A stretch of 63,114 bases of DNA, the filler included, from Octopus bimaculoides (Eukaryota), in the NCBI RefSeq assembly GCF_001194135.2. It is 3 parts of 3 records of this genome, joined end to end, with 100 filler letters (N's around TTAATTAATTAA, not from the genome) between each part and the next. Parts side by side here need not be neighbours in the genome. Positions count along the whole stretch, not along the records: positions 1 to 30,489 come from NC_068997.1; 2 more parts are not named here. One strand, 5' to 3'. Of this stretch, positions 1 to 11,665 are shown piece by piece. The notes below the pieces were generated by a model. It was not told the origin of the DNA. It searched no databases and was given only the letters and a program-made list of their open reading frames with translations. Each line of letters starts with the position of its first letter. Within the stretch, counting starts at the first letter, position 1. Position numbers and translations under genes: made by a program.

Positions 1-1424
1 ATATATATACTTGTGTGGATAAATATACTATGTATGTATTTGTGTGTGAGGAAAGCAGATGAGCGAAAAAAATACCCAGAATCCTATCTGGATCATACCT
101 AAATATCATTGACACAAAAATGGTGTCATCTTTACTGTTTAGATATTGATCCACTGATCGGTGGAGTTTGGAGAATACGTCGCCTACTTAACCAATTATT
201 GCTGCTCAAGATTATACTTGAAATAATTTATATTTGAAGAAATATTCAGTCACTACTACATGTTATCAAAGTGACAAAAAATAAATAATTAAATAAGAAC
301 CAAAAGACAAGCACCACACCAATAAATCTGTCAAGAATGTTGATATAAACAATCTATGGTTTTACCCAATACAACTTTGTTCTCAACATATTTCTTCAAG
401 CAACTTACAATTCATGACTTATTATTTTTTTCCCCCGACAATATTTTCTGAAATGTTGTCATTCAAACTCTGTGACGCTTCTGTTTTGAGGCATTCTTAC
501 TACTGTTTATTTTATTTCTTTACTTCCTCCTGATTTGTTATATGCAAACAAATTTGTTGACTTTTTAAACTGTATCTCCCATCCCCCTCCTCCCCTGGCA
601 AACTTATGCCTCCTAACCTCCTCTACTTGTACAGCTACTATTCAACCCCACCATACACTTTTATACATATTTTTGCCCACTTTACCACCAAAATCTACTA
701 TATTGAAAGATATTGCAAGATTTCCGTTATTTTTTGTTACTTAAATATGTCTTCTTTTTAACATTCTTAATCTGACTTCAGTGTCATCAAATTTTTCAGA
801 CCATCTTTCGGTTTGTCATATGACTCTGTCTTCTATTCTTCCTTTCTTTTCTCAACACTTCCTCATTCTCTCGTCTTCTCTCTCTACCACACACTCCTAC
901 ACCCACACGTTTCCCCTGCTCTTTCTGCAAGTCACTCCGCATTCTCTCACCCTCTTACCCTTTGTACTAACTCTTACCAATTCACTATCTGCTCTTATCC
1001 ATCATCTGCCTCTCTATACGTCACTTTTTACTTTACCCACAATATTTATCTTTTTGGCATGAGAGCGTTCAGATAAATCTCCGAACTACGATACGGTGAT
1101 TGCCCTTTGTTTTGTTATAATTCTTACTTTTTTTCGCGATATTATTGAGATTTTCCTTAAACATTCATCAGTTTAGATTTTTAACTAATCCGATTAACTT
1201 TTTCACGGCTAAAACAACACATTGTTAACTGTGTATTTATGTTTTTTTTTATTTTACCAAATAGTCACTTTGTTCAATAAATTATCATACATCTTTCTCT
1301 TTGTGTAAATCTAAAATCCAGTTGATTTACAAGTTATTTCCAATTTTTTGCGTGTATATGATTGTGCATAACTTCAGACGTGTGTCGAATGTGTGAGTGT
1401 GTGTGTGTATAAATAAATATATGC

Positions 1425-1460
<36 letters not shown>

Positions 1461-2459
1461 NNNNNNNNNNNNNNNNNNNNNNNNNNNNNNNNNNNNNNNN
1501 NNNNNNNNNNNNNNNNNNNNNNNNNNNNNNNNNNNNNNNNNNNNNNNNNNNNNNNNNNNNNNNNNNNNNNNNNNNNNNNNNNNNNNNNNNNNNNNNNNNN
1601 NNNNNNNNNNNNNNNNNNNNNNNNNNNNNNNNNNNNNNNNNNNNNNNNNNNNNNNNNNNNNNNNNNNNNNNNNNNNNNNNNNNNNNNNNNNNNNNNNNNN
1701 NNNNNNNNNNNNNNNNNNNNNNNNNNNNNNNNNNNNNNNNNNNNNNNNNNNNNNNNNNNNNNNNNNNNNNNNNNNNNNNNNNNNNNNNNNNNNNNNNNNN
1801 NNNNNNNNNNNNNNNNNNNNNNNNNNNNNNNNNNNNNNNNNNNNNNNNNNNNNNNNNNNNNNNNNNNNNNNNNNNNNNNNNNNNNNNNNNNNNNNNNNNN
1901 NNNNNNNNNNNNNNNNNNNNNNNNNNNNNNNNNNNNNNNNNNNNNNNNNNNNNNNNNNNNNNNNNNNNNNNNNNNNNNNNNNNNNNNNNNNNNNNNNNNN
2001 NNNNNNNNNNNNNNNNNNNNNNNNNNNNNNNNNNNNNNNNNNNNNNNNNNNNNNNNNNNNNNNNNNNNNNNNNNNNNNNNNNNNNNNNNNNNNNNNNNNN
2101 NNNNNNNNNNNNNNNNNNNNNNNNNNNNNNNNNNNNNNNNNNNNNNNNNNNNNNNNNNNNNNNNNNNNNNNNNNNNNNNNNNNNNNNNNNNNNNNNNNNN
2201 NNNNNNNNNNNNNNNNNNNNNNNNNNNNNNNNNNNNNNNNNNNNNNNNNNNNNNNNNNNNNNNNNNNNNNNNNNNNNNNNNNNNNNNNNNNNNNNNNNNN
2301 NNNNNNNNNNNNNNNNNNNNNNNNNNNNNNNNNNNNNNNNNNNNNNNNNNNNNNNNNNNNNNNNNNNNNNNNNNNNNNNNNNNNNNNNNNNNNNNNNNNN
2401 NNNNNNNNNNNNNNNNNNNNNNNNNNNNNNNNNNNNNNNNNNNNNNNNNNNNNNNNNNN

Positions 2460-2514
<55 letters not shown>

Positions 2515-3853
2515 ATATATTTATCTATGTATATATGCATTTATATTTGCATACATATAAGTGTGTGTTTTTGCATGTAGGACTGAATGTATATACATGT
2601 GTCCGTTTCGATATGTACGTGTATAGGAGCGAAATTTTCCGGGAAGAGAAACAGAAATTGCATTCAAATATATTACTATGTTGACATAATGACGTTGACA
2701 TGAGCCTCCATGCACTCACACACGCACATATGCATATGTATGCATATACTCGAGTATGTGTGTGTGTACATTTGTGCGTGTACATGTGCTCCTTGTATGC
2801 GTGTATATAGGTACATAATACGATGAGCAGTATAAATAGCTTATTCATATATATTCCAAAGTTTTTATACTAACATTTCATATATNNNNNNNNNNNNNNN
2901 NNNNNNNNNNNNNNNNNATATATATATATATACATATCATCTGTCGAAATACCAGAAGCCATAGATAGAACATCAGATCGTATTCGGAATAATACCTAGT
3001 GTTGTTTCCTTTCAATTTGCTTCACCTCCTTCCTTAAGCAACTTTATCTTCGTCCATTTTAGTATATGGTAAATTATTGCTACGTATATCTTGAAAGTAA
3101 TGGCATATCATAATTATTAGTCATAAATAATCAGAGACATTTGATCAACGGTATATATATATATATATATATATTTACAGCGAAAGTTAGTGTAACACTG
3201 AAGAGATATTTTATCAAGGCTCTTCTAAAGAGAATCTCGCTATGAATGAAAGAAGAATCCGCAAGAATTAAGAACCAAATTTTCCTTAAATCACATTCTA
3301 GCGTCTAAAAAGTTCACAATGGGTACTAACGTATCAAGAATTTAGTGACTTTGTCAGTTTGATCTTAAGAAAACTTCATCGGATCTGGCTTGTGCTAATA
3401 CAACAACGAGTATAATAAACTCAACTTGCGTTTCTCCAGATTTGCTGCAGTCCTTTTGAATAATATACTGGCACCATGTAATTTTAATACATACACACAT
3501 TTCGTTCATCTGAAGTACATAATCAAAGTAAAGAACGGTAGACATACCTTAGACAGTCAAGAAATAAGATTATTGAAGTTTTCTTAACCTGAATGGTTGT
3601 CGATTTCACCGTTTGCAAATATAAAGTTTGCATGAAATCATAAGTGGTTGACTGAATACAACTGAGATAATCAACTTTGAGACACATTCGTGTAACCATA
3701 ACTGACAGGTAATAACAACTACGTCACTGTGTTGGATATGTTCCTAGTACTACGTTGATAAAGCACGTTCACTGCCTATGGCTACCTAACGCCATCCACC
3801 TTAATTACACAATTATCGGTGAGTATAAAACAAATGATAGAGCCATTAAATTC

Positions 3854-4020
3854 ATGGGAATTCATAGCAAACTTTGTTGCTCACAATGATCTTTTCGACA
3901 CATCCTACATGGATCCCTCGCGGGTACCACGATCAGTTGTATAGTTTCCATCTGCGAGGGATCAATGCAGGATTCGTTGAAAGGATCGTTGTGACCAATA
4001 ATGTTTTCTGAGTATTCCAT
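3854..4020 (+). ncRNA. Long imperfect hairpin; candidate pri-miRNA/structured RNA (alternatively an old MITE)
   Basis: 3881-3924 is the ungapped reverse complement of 3951-3994 at 35/44 positions; 5 of the 9 differences are G-U pairs on the plus strand. Weaker pairing extends to 3854/4020; 26-nt loop. Confidence 0.4.
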
Positions 4021-4060
4021 TTTCCGTCCCTATTATCTGTTAAATTTTTACATATTAAAA

Positions 4061-4365
4061 GGAAAGGAGCACTCCGTCGGTTGCGACGACGGCGGCCCCA
4101 GCTGATAGGATCAATGGAACAGCTTGCTCGTGAAATTAACGTGCAAGTGTACTCTTAACGTAGTTCTCAGGGAGATTCAGCATCACTCAGAGTGTGACAA
4201 GGCTGGCCCTTTGAAATACGGGTACTACTCATTTTTACCAGCTGAGTGGACTGGAATAATGTGAAATAAAGTGTCTTGCTCAAGGACACAACGCATTGTC
4301 GGGAATTGAACTCTCTACCTTACAATCGTTAGCCGATTGTCCTAATCACTAAGCCATGCGCCTTC
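4061..4365 (-). mobile_element. tRNA-derived SINE (family A)
   Basis: Minus strand starts GGCGCATGGCTTAGTGATTAG (A box), then GAGTTCAATTCC (B box), then TGTGTCCTTGAGCAAGACACTT, a conserved central-domain-like motif of CORE/V/Meta-type SINEs. Confidence 0.8.
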
Positions 4366-4454
4366 ACACACGCACAAGCACACACACACACACACACACA
4401 AACACACAAACACACACACACACACACACATATACACATACACATACATATATA

Positions 4455-4743
4455 TATATATATAAAGAAATAATTGAGATTCATTTGAATTAGGTACTTA
4501 AGTTGAAGCACCAAACAGTCCGGTATTATCCGCATAGCTCGAAGTTGAATAAAATCAAAATAAACAAGATATGAAGTAGTGACGCAGGACGAGCGTTTCA
4601 AGCGGCTCCATTTAATTGTACAATGCAATCATTACATCAATTTTGCATTTAAATTGAATTAATGTTTGCATTGTTCAATTAAATGGAGACGCTTGAAATG
4701 GTCATACTGCATTGATACTTGATATCCTGTTGCTTATTTTGAT

Positions 4744-4744
<1 letters not shown>
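4455..4744. mobile_element. Fold-back MITE-like element between (TA)n tracts
   Basis: 4552-4628 and 4666-4744 are inverted arms (about 80% identical by eye) around a ~37-nt spacer; 4455-4650 recurs reverse-complemented at about 30305-30489. Confidence 0.65.
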
Positions 4745-4779
<35 letters not shown>

Positions 4780-5855
4780 AAACTTACTTGGAAAACGATG
4801 CAAGGCGTTCGATCATATAATAATATCAATAATATATAAATATATGCATATATACATACATATATGTACATACCTACATATATATGTATATATACATGCA
4901 TATATGGGTACAAGACATCAAAAAAACGTAGACACAATGAGAAACGAAAACATAAAACAAAAACATAGAAAACGAACTTTTTTCGAACAACGAAAAAAAC
5001 ATACACAGAACCGAGACATGCAACATAAAGAACATTCCCTTCATCAGTTGTCCCTGTTTCATCTACTCTGCGTTTCGAAGGCAAGGACAATACGTGACTT
5101 CGTTGGGGCAGTCCTTCCAGCAAAGCAAATTAAATAAAATTTGGCGATTTTTGCGGAAAAATTATGTGAAAAATTATGAACGCTAGATAGATGAGCTCCG
5201 AGAAGAGACAGGTAAAAGCACGTCTTGTCTTTACAAAGGAAGTGGAAGAAAGAAAGATAGATCGCCTTTCGTCACGTGTCAGCGACGGGAGAGTCAAGGA
5301 GGAAGAGTGAGAGAGGGAACGGTGAAGGGGAGAGGGGAAGAATAGGGAAAGGGAGGGAAAGAAAAACAGAAAGGAAGAACACGAGAGGGAGATAGATAGA
5401 CAGAAGAGATAGAAGAGGTAGAAGAAGGGTGCGCATCGTAATTATTAAGATAAAACTTACTTGGAAAAGGATGCATGGGGTTATCCTTAAGGCGCATCTA
5501 ATTATACAATGTCCTAGCTGCAACACTATGTTTTACCGGTAGATAATGCTGTGATAACACATTTTCGAACAACTCTTTGTGATGGGATGTATGTATGTAT
5601 GTTTGTATGTATGCATATGTGTATGTATGCATGCATGCATCTATTTATTATATATGTATGTATGCATGTATGTATGAATGTGCATATGTATATGCATACC
5701 TGTACATGTGTATGTATACATGTATGTGTCATATAGGTGAATGTTAATGTATGTGTGTGTTATGTATCTTCATGTAGCCATAATGTATATATGTATGTAT
5801 ATATGTCCGTCTGTCTTTCTGCATATATATGTATGTAGGAATTTATATATATCTT

Positions 5856-6064
5856 AACTCTTTTACTCTTTTACTTGTTTCAATCATTTGACTGTGGCCA
5901 TTCTGGAGCACCACCTTTAGTCGAGCAAATCGACCCCAGGACTCGTTCTTTGTAAGCCTAGTACTTATTCTATCGGTCTTTTTTGCCGAACCACTAAGTT
6001 ACGGGGCGTAAACACACTACCACCAGTTGTCAAGCGATGTTGGGGAACAAACACAGACACACAA

Positions 6065-6120
<56 letters not shown>

Positions 6121-6331
6121 NNNNNNNNNNNNNNNNNNNNNNNNNNNNNNNNNNNNNNNNNNNNNNNNNNNNNNNNNNNNNNNNNNNNNNNNNNNNNNNN
6201 NNNNNNNNNNNNNNNNNNNNNNNNNNNNNNNNNNNNNNNNNNNNNNNNNNNNNNNNNNNNNNNNNNNNNNNNNNNNNNNNNNNNNNNNNNNNNNNNNNNN
6301 NNNNNNNNNNNNNNNNNNNNNNNNNNNNNNN

Positions 6332-6365
<34 letters not shown>

Positions 6366-6527
6366 GACGGGCTTCTTTCAGTTTCCGTCTACCAAATCTG
6401 CTCACAAGGATTTGGTCGGCCCGAGGCTATAGTAGAAGACACTTGCCCAAGGTACCATGCAGTGGGACTGAACCCGGAACCATGTGGTTCGTAAGCAAGC
6501 TACTTACCACACAGCCACTCTTACGCC
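5856..6527 (-). mobile_element. Octopus OR-type tRNA/CORE-like SINE with internal (CA)n/(TA)n and a gap
   Basis: Head GGCGTAAGAGTGGCTGTGTGGTAAG...GGTTCAGTCCC, CORE-like GGTACCTTGGGCAAGTG, tail (AAAAGAGT)n; matches copies at 23813, 49061 and 49922. Confidence 0.85.
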
Positions 6528-7323
6528 TATGTCATTTTTTTATTCATTAAGAACAATATGGTTTCCTACAAAGGAACAAAACTCCAACACTGGAACTTTA
6601 TTCCTGATCATTTTTAAAGTCTAACTAACAAATTGTTTTTGTAAAGTACGTAACAGTTGGTTTCTGTCCTTACCTGAAAATCATAAGCTTTCCAGATTGT
6701 CACATAAACATGACGTAACCAAATGCACAAAAATCTCTTGCTATGAACATGAACTGAACAAAGCTATTATAGATGATTCTTTCTCACTTCCTTGATTTTG
6801 GACTATATTTTGACCTCCTCAGGGAAGCTGACTTCTGGGACAATACATGGTTTTTCTTTTCTGTTCTAAATAACTATATAAGGCCTATTTTATTTACACT
6901 TGGTAGAGGCTTTTTTTACGGTTATGCCCACCAGTATCTCTTGAGTATATTTGCATGTATAAATTCAATAACAGGGGTATGTATATATTTATCCTACGGC
7001 AATCTTTACTGAAGATGGTAAATTATATTGGTTTAGCAACAGCATCATGTCGCCACGGGATGTAGTACCTTGATGGAATTTTCAGGTAGCTGTTGATCAC
7101 ATGTGTTATGTCCTCCACAAAAGTAGGCCTAATCAACATTTATGGCTGCATCTTAGGAGCTTAAGGGCTTCACTGTTCATTATAGCCATCTTCTGATGTT
7201 GAATTGCAAAAGCATACCTTTCGAGATATGAAGCGATGCATGTACGCATGTATGTATGTATGAATAGATATAAGCTTGTGAATACGCATATCTGCACGTA
7301 TATTACACACGCACATGCACACA

Positions 7324-7382
<59 letters not shown>

Positions 7383-7555
7383 ACACACACGCACGCACAT
7401 CACACACATACACACACACACACACACATATATGTATTCTTTGCTTGTTGATATGTATGTATGCGTTTATTAGCGTGTACTGCATGTGTGTATGCATGTG
7501 TTTACAGATATCTGTTTGGATGAGTGCGTGTATGTATACATATATATATGTGTGA

Positions 7556-7621
<66 letters not shown>

Positions 7622-8022
7622 ATGTATGTATGTATGTATGTATGTATGTATGTATGCGCATTCTTTTGATGATTCATTCAGTTGAAATAATGGAAAGGTA
7701 TTATACGAAGCTGCTTTTACATAAATATTATTACATCATGCATGAGAAATGGAATTATGTTTATATCTGAAGTCTTGAAATAATAATTAAAACCACTGAA
7801 TGACGACCTGGGATTTGTAGGTGATAGTTTAGTGGATTTAGTAGACGCTCGCTACATTATATTGCCAGCTCATTATTCTATGAAATATGGACAAATCACG
7901 GGCAAAGACGAAATTCATTTGAATGCTGTTGGAAAGTTACTGAGAGCGCGGTGTCTTAATTGCTTCACTATATATCTTCTTTGATACTAGACCTAAATAA
8001 TAATAATAATAACAATAATAAT

Positions 8023-8553
8023 ACACCATACTCTGGGATATTCCAATACACACAGATAGAGAAATTAAGGCAAATAGACCAGATATAGTTGTCAAAGATC
8101 ATGAAGAAAAAAATGCTTTCTAATTGATGTATCAATACCAGCAGATGACAACGTTTCCCTAAAAGAAATGGAAAAACTTTCAAAATACAANNNNNNNNNN
8201 GCAGATGACAACGTTTCCCTAAAAGAAATGGAAAAACTTTCAAAATACAAAGACCTGGAAATAGAGGTAACTCGAATGTGGAATCTAAAAACAGAAACAA
8301 TTCCTATCATAGTAGGCGCATTAGGTATGATAAAAAAAATATTCAGACAAATACATAACAAAAACATCAAGACTTACAAATATATATAACATACAGAACA
8401 TTGCACAACTGGGCACTGCACACATCCTAGGCAAAACACTTTCAGTACAGTAACCACAAGAGCATCACAGCAAACCACAGCACATACCCAAGGCGTACAG
8501 AGCTGCGCTCGGTAGTGAAGTGAAAGCACGTTATAAAAATAAAACTACTGAAC
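8023..8553 (+). mobile_element. 5'-truncated R4/Dong-like non-LTR retrotransposon (RLE domain plus 3' UTR) in (AAT)n
   Basis: Translates ILWDIPIHTDREIKANRPDIVVKDHEEKKCFLIDVSIPADDNVSLKEMEKLSKYKDLEIEVTRMWNLKTETIPIIVGALGMIKK, a PD..D..K restriction-like endonuclease; (AAT)n on both sides. Confidence 0.85.
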
Positions 8554-8570
8554 AATAATAATAATAATAA

Positions 8571-8620
<50 letters not shown>

Positions 8621-8658
8621 ATGATGATGGTGGTGACGATGATAATAATAATATTAAT

Positions 8659-8871
8659 AATAATCCTTTCTACTAAAGGCACAAGGGCCTGAAACTTGAG
8701 GGGGGTACTAGTCGATTGCATCGATTCCAGTGTTTCACTGATACTTAATTTATCGACCCCCGAAAGAAAGGCAGAATTGACCTCGGTGGAATATGAACCC
8801 AGAATTGAAGACAGACGAAATGCCGTTATGCATTTCGCAGGGCGTGCTAACGACACCCTTGCTCGCCGTCT
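8659..8871 (-). mobile_element. tRNA-derived SINE with Nin/Deu-like central domain (family C)
   Basis: Minus strand GGCGAGC...GTTAGCACG head, TTTCGGGGTCGATAAATTAAGTA central motif, tail GGCCCTTGTGCC...GAAAGGATTATT; many copies in window. Confidence 0.75.
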
Positions 8872-8891
8872 TAAATATAATTAAATAAATA

Positions 8892-8895
8892 AATG

Positions 8896-8957
<62 letters not shown>

Positions 8958-9172
8958 AAGAAGAAGAAGGAGAAGGAGAAGAAGAAGAAGAAGAAGAAGA
9001 AGAAGAAGAAGAAGAAGAAGGAGGAGGAGAAGAAGAAGAAGAAGAAGAAGAAGAAGAAGAAGAAGAAGAAGAAGAAGAAGAAGAAGAAGAAAAAGAAGAA
9101 GAAGAAGAAGAAGAAGAAGAAGAAGAAGAAGAAGAAGAAGAAGAAGAAGAAGAAGAAGAAGAAGAAGAAGAA
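8892..9172. repeat. Compound (AAT)n-(AAG)n microsatellite
   Basis: Read directly; source of the poly-R and poly-L ORFs. Confidence 0.95.
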
Positions 9173-9180
9173 TTATAATG

Positions 9181-9545
9181 ATAAAAGCTGGCAAAATGTG
9201 GAACCTCAAGACTAAAACAATACCTGTTGTCATAGGTGTCCTAGGAATGATTGCAAAAAGTGCTGATAGGTACCTAGCTCAGATATCAGGAAACCCTAAA
9301 ATGGCAGAAATTCAAAAGAGAGTGGCCAATATCCTACCTAAAATACTGTCTATGCAATCTAAAATTTTGAAGCAAATTCATAATTTTCTTGTGCTTTGTT
9401 AAACATTCTCTGGAACAATACTATGTGCAAAACCAAATATATGACACCCTTGGCGAACTTCTAGCTTGTCTCTTGAGGTCTCTGTGTGATACTTGCAGTA
9501 CACCTTCCACATCTACCTGACTAGCCGTCTCCAACTGCTTTGTGT
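9181..9545 (+). mobile_element. 3' fragment of a second R4/Dong-like RLE LINE family
   Basis: KMWNLKTKTIPVVIGVLGMIAKSADRYLAQISG is homologous to the end of the 8023 element; different 3' UTR ending at TAATAAT. Confidence 0.75.
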
Positions 9546-9550
9546 TAATA

Positions 9551-9591
<41 letters not shown>

Positions 9592-9681
9592 AATAATAAT
9601 AATAATAATAACAATAACAACAACAATAATAATAACAACAACACCAATGACAATAATAATAATAACAATAATAACAATAAT

Positions 9682-9749
<68 letters not shown>

Positions 9750-9750
9750 C

Positions 9751-9812
<62 letters not shown>

Positions 9813-9822
9813 CAATAACAAT

Positions 9823-10290
9823 AAATGCCCTGATACGGTACCAGGCTGTAGCTTTCATGGCTTTTGATCTTAATTGATTGGAAGTGTTATCATGTACATA
9901 TTTTTGTCTGAATACCACAGATTTGCTTATCAGCTGTTTGACCATAACCCGTTGAGCATGTTCCTTAGTGGCTGACAATATATGCATCTCCGATCATGAG
10001 CAGAAGTAGTGGGTGGGCATCATAGCGATGTGTCCAGAGGAATTTTTGGGGGCTTGAATAACCACTGGAAACGTGGGTGTTTCGTTCAACATCCTCAAAC
10101 AACCTTTCTTTAGGGACCTTTTGAACGGATGGGCTACTCGAACTGAATAAAATTCTAACTGGGCCCCACTTGCAAGGTCATTCGCTGTTTATCTTGATAA
10201 GGGATCACCATGTCACGCACATATGGCTATGATGCGTGTGCATATTTGTACCCCAGTGTCACTTTGATGGCATACGCTGCTCTCTCATTC
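9823..10290 (+). mobile_element. (AAT)n-embedded non-coding element, copy 1 (internally deleted)
   Basis: Termini AAATGCCC...CTCTCATTC, (AAT)n both sides; lacks two internal segments present in copy 2. Strand is arbitrary (given relative to AAT). Confidence 0.8.
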
Positions 10291-10305
10291 AATAATAATA
10301 ATAAT

Positions 10306-10350
<45 letters not shown>

Positions 10351-10354
<4 letters not shown>

Positions 10355-10909
10355 GCCCGGATGCAGTACCAAGCAGTGGCTCTCATGGTTTCTGATCTTA
10401 ATTGATTGGAAGTGTTATCATGTACGTTGTTTTGTCTTGGTATAAAAAGATGGGCTACAGCAAATATTCTGCTTAATACCACAGATTTGCTTGTCAGTTG
10501 TTTGACCGTAACCAGTTGAGCCTGTCCCTTGGTGGCTGACGACATGTGCATCTCTGATCATGAGCAGAAGTAGTGGGGGAGCATCATAGCTATGTGTTGA
10601 GAGGAATTCTTTGGGGCTTGAATAATTCACCTTTGGAAACATGGGTGTTTTGCTCAACATCTTTAAACAAACCTTATTCAGAGACCTTTTGAGCGGGATG
10701 GGCTACTCGACCTGAAGAAAATTCTAACTGGGCCCCACCTGCGAGGTCATGCGCTGTTTATCTTGATATGAGATCACCATGTCGCGCACATATGGTTGTG
10801 ATGCATGTGCCTGGTGTACCCTTATCAGACGGGTAGTCATGATGGGTATACTGGGCCTCGTATATTTTACCCCAGTGTCACTTTGATGGCATGCACTGTT
10901 CTCTCACTT
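10351..10909 (+). mobile_element. (AAT)n-embedded non-coding element, copy 2 (longest form, ~560 bp)
   Basis: AAATGCCCGGATGCAGTACC...CTCTCACTT, (AAT)n both sides. Confidence 0.85.
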
Positions 10910-11571
10910 AATAATAATAATAATGACAACAATAATGACTGTTTCTGTTCAGACACAAGATTAGTAGTTTTTGTGAAGGAACACATCACCTAAATTGATC
11001 CCAGAGCTTGAGTAGTACTTTATTGTTATCAACTCTGGATGAATGAAAGTCAAAGTTGACCTCGGCAGAATTTGATCTCAGAACGGAAGTAATATAGCAA
11101 GTGCTGTAAGCAAATTTTTCCGATCCTCTACCATTCTGTCAATCCATGACCTTAAAGAATTTAGACTCAACGCCAGAAACTTTGAGCGGAAGGGGCAATC
11201 GATTCTATTACCCTGGCTTTTATAGACTCGGAAGGATTAGACCTCGGCCAGATTTAAACCAAAAGTGTAAAGAGGCGGAGCAAATACCACAAAACATTCT
11301 GTCTGACAATTTTACCTATCCACCCAATAATCATACTTGCTTTTATTTTACCGAATGGACGGTGAATAGAAGAATATTATAAGAGCAGATTACTAAATGT
11401 CGGGGCGAGTTTCGTACGGAATCGAAGGCTTAAAAACGAACAGCTGTATAGAAAGAAATTGTATTGCATTTAATGTTATTATAAGAGGAAAGTCCCCTCG
11501 GAGCAATCAGCGAATCTCACAGATCATGAATTTCTCTAATTGCTTATGTAAATTCGTCTTTTGTTCTAGTT

Positions 11572-11665
11572 ACACATGCTAACATTAGACCCTTTCTTGG
11601 TCTAGATAAACCTGCTAACATTAAACCCTTTCTTGGTCTAGATACACATGATAACATTAGACCAT
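11572..11665. repeat. 36-bp minisatellite, about 2.6 units
   Basis: Unit ACACATGCTAACATTAGACCCTTTCTTGGTCTAGAT with internal TAGACC/GGTCTA stem. Confidence 0.85.

Noticed and set aside
1374-2560. Long ORFs (388 aa etc.) here and at 18443, 34162, 52427 and 57938
   Set aside because: They run through N gaps and (TA)n repeats; artefacts.
3936-3947. GTTGTATAGTT matching the let-7 3' end
   Set aside because: No TGAGGTAG seed; it lies in the hairpin loop; chance match.
6670-7215. Strong minus-strand donor CAG|GTAAGG and a hydrophobic 79-aa plus-strand ORF
   Set aside because: All minus frames close shortly upstream and no protein motif is recognisable.
8140-8230. 50-nt tandem duplication inside the R4/Dong ORF
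   Set aside because: The copies flank a 10-N gap; unresolved contig overlap, not biology.
8871-9877. Poly-Leu, poly-Arg, poly-Asn and poly-Ile ORFs
   Set aside because: Translations of (AAG)n, (AAT)n and (AAC)n microsatellites.
10715-10760. CTGAAGA inside the AAT element as a hammerhead core
   Set aside because: No stem II followed by GAAA downstream.
11572-11665. CRISPR-like 36-bp palindromic repeat
   Set aside because: Units are contiguous with no spacers, and the context is eukaryotic.
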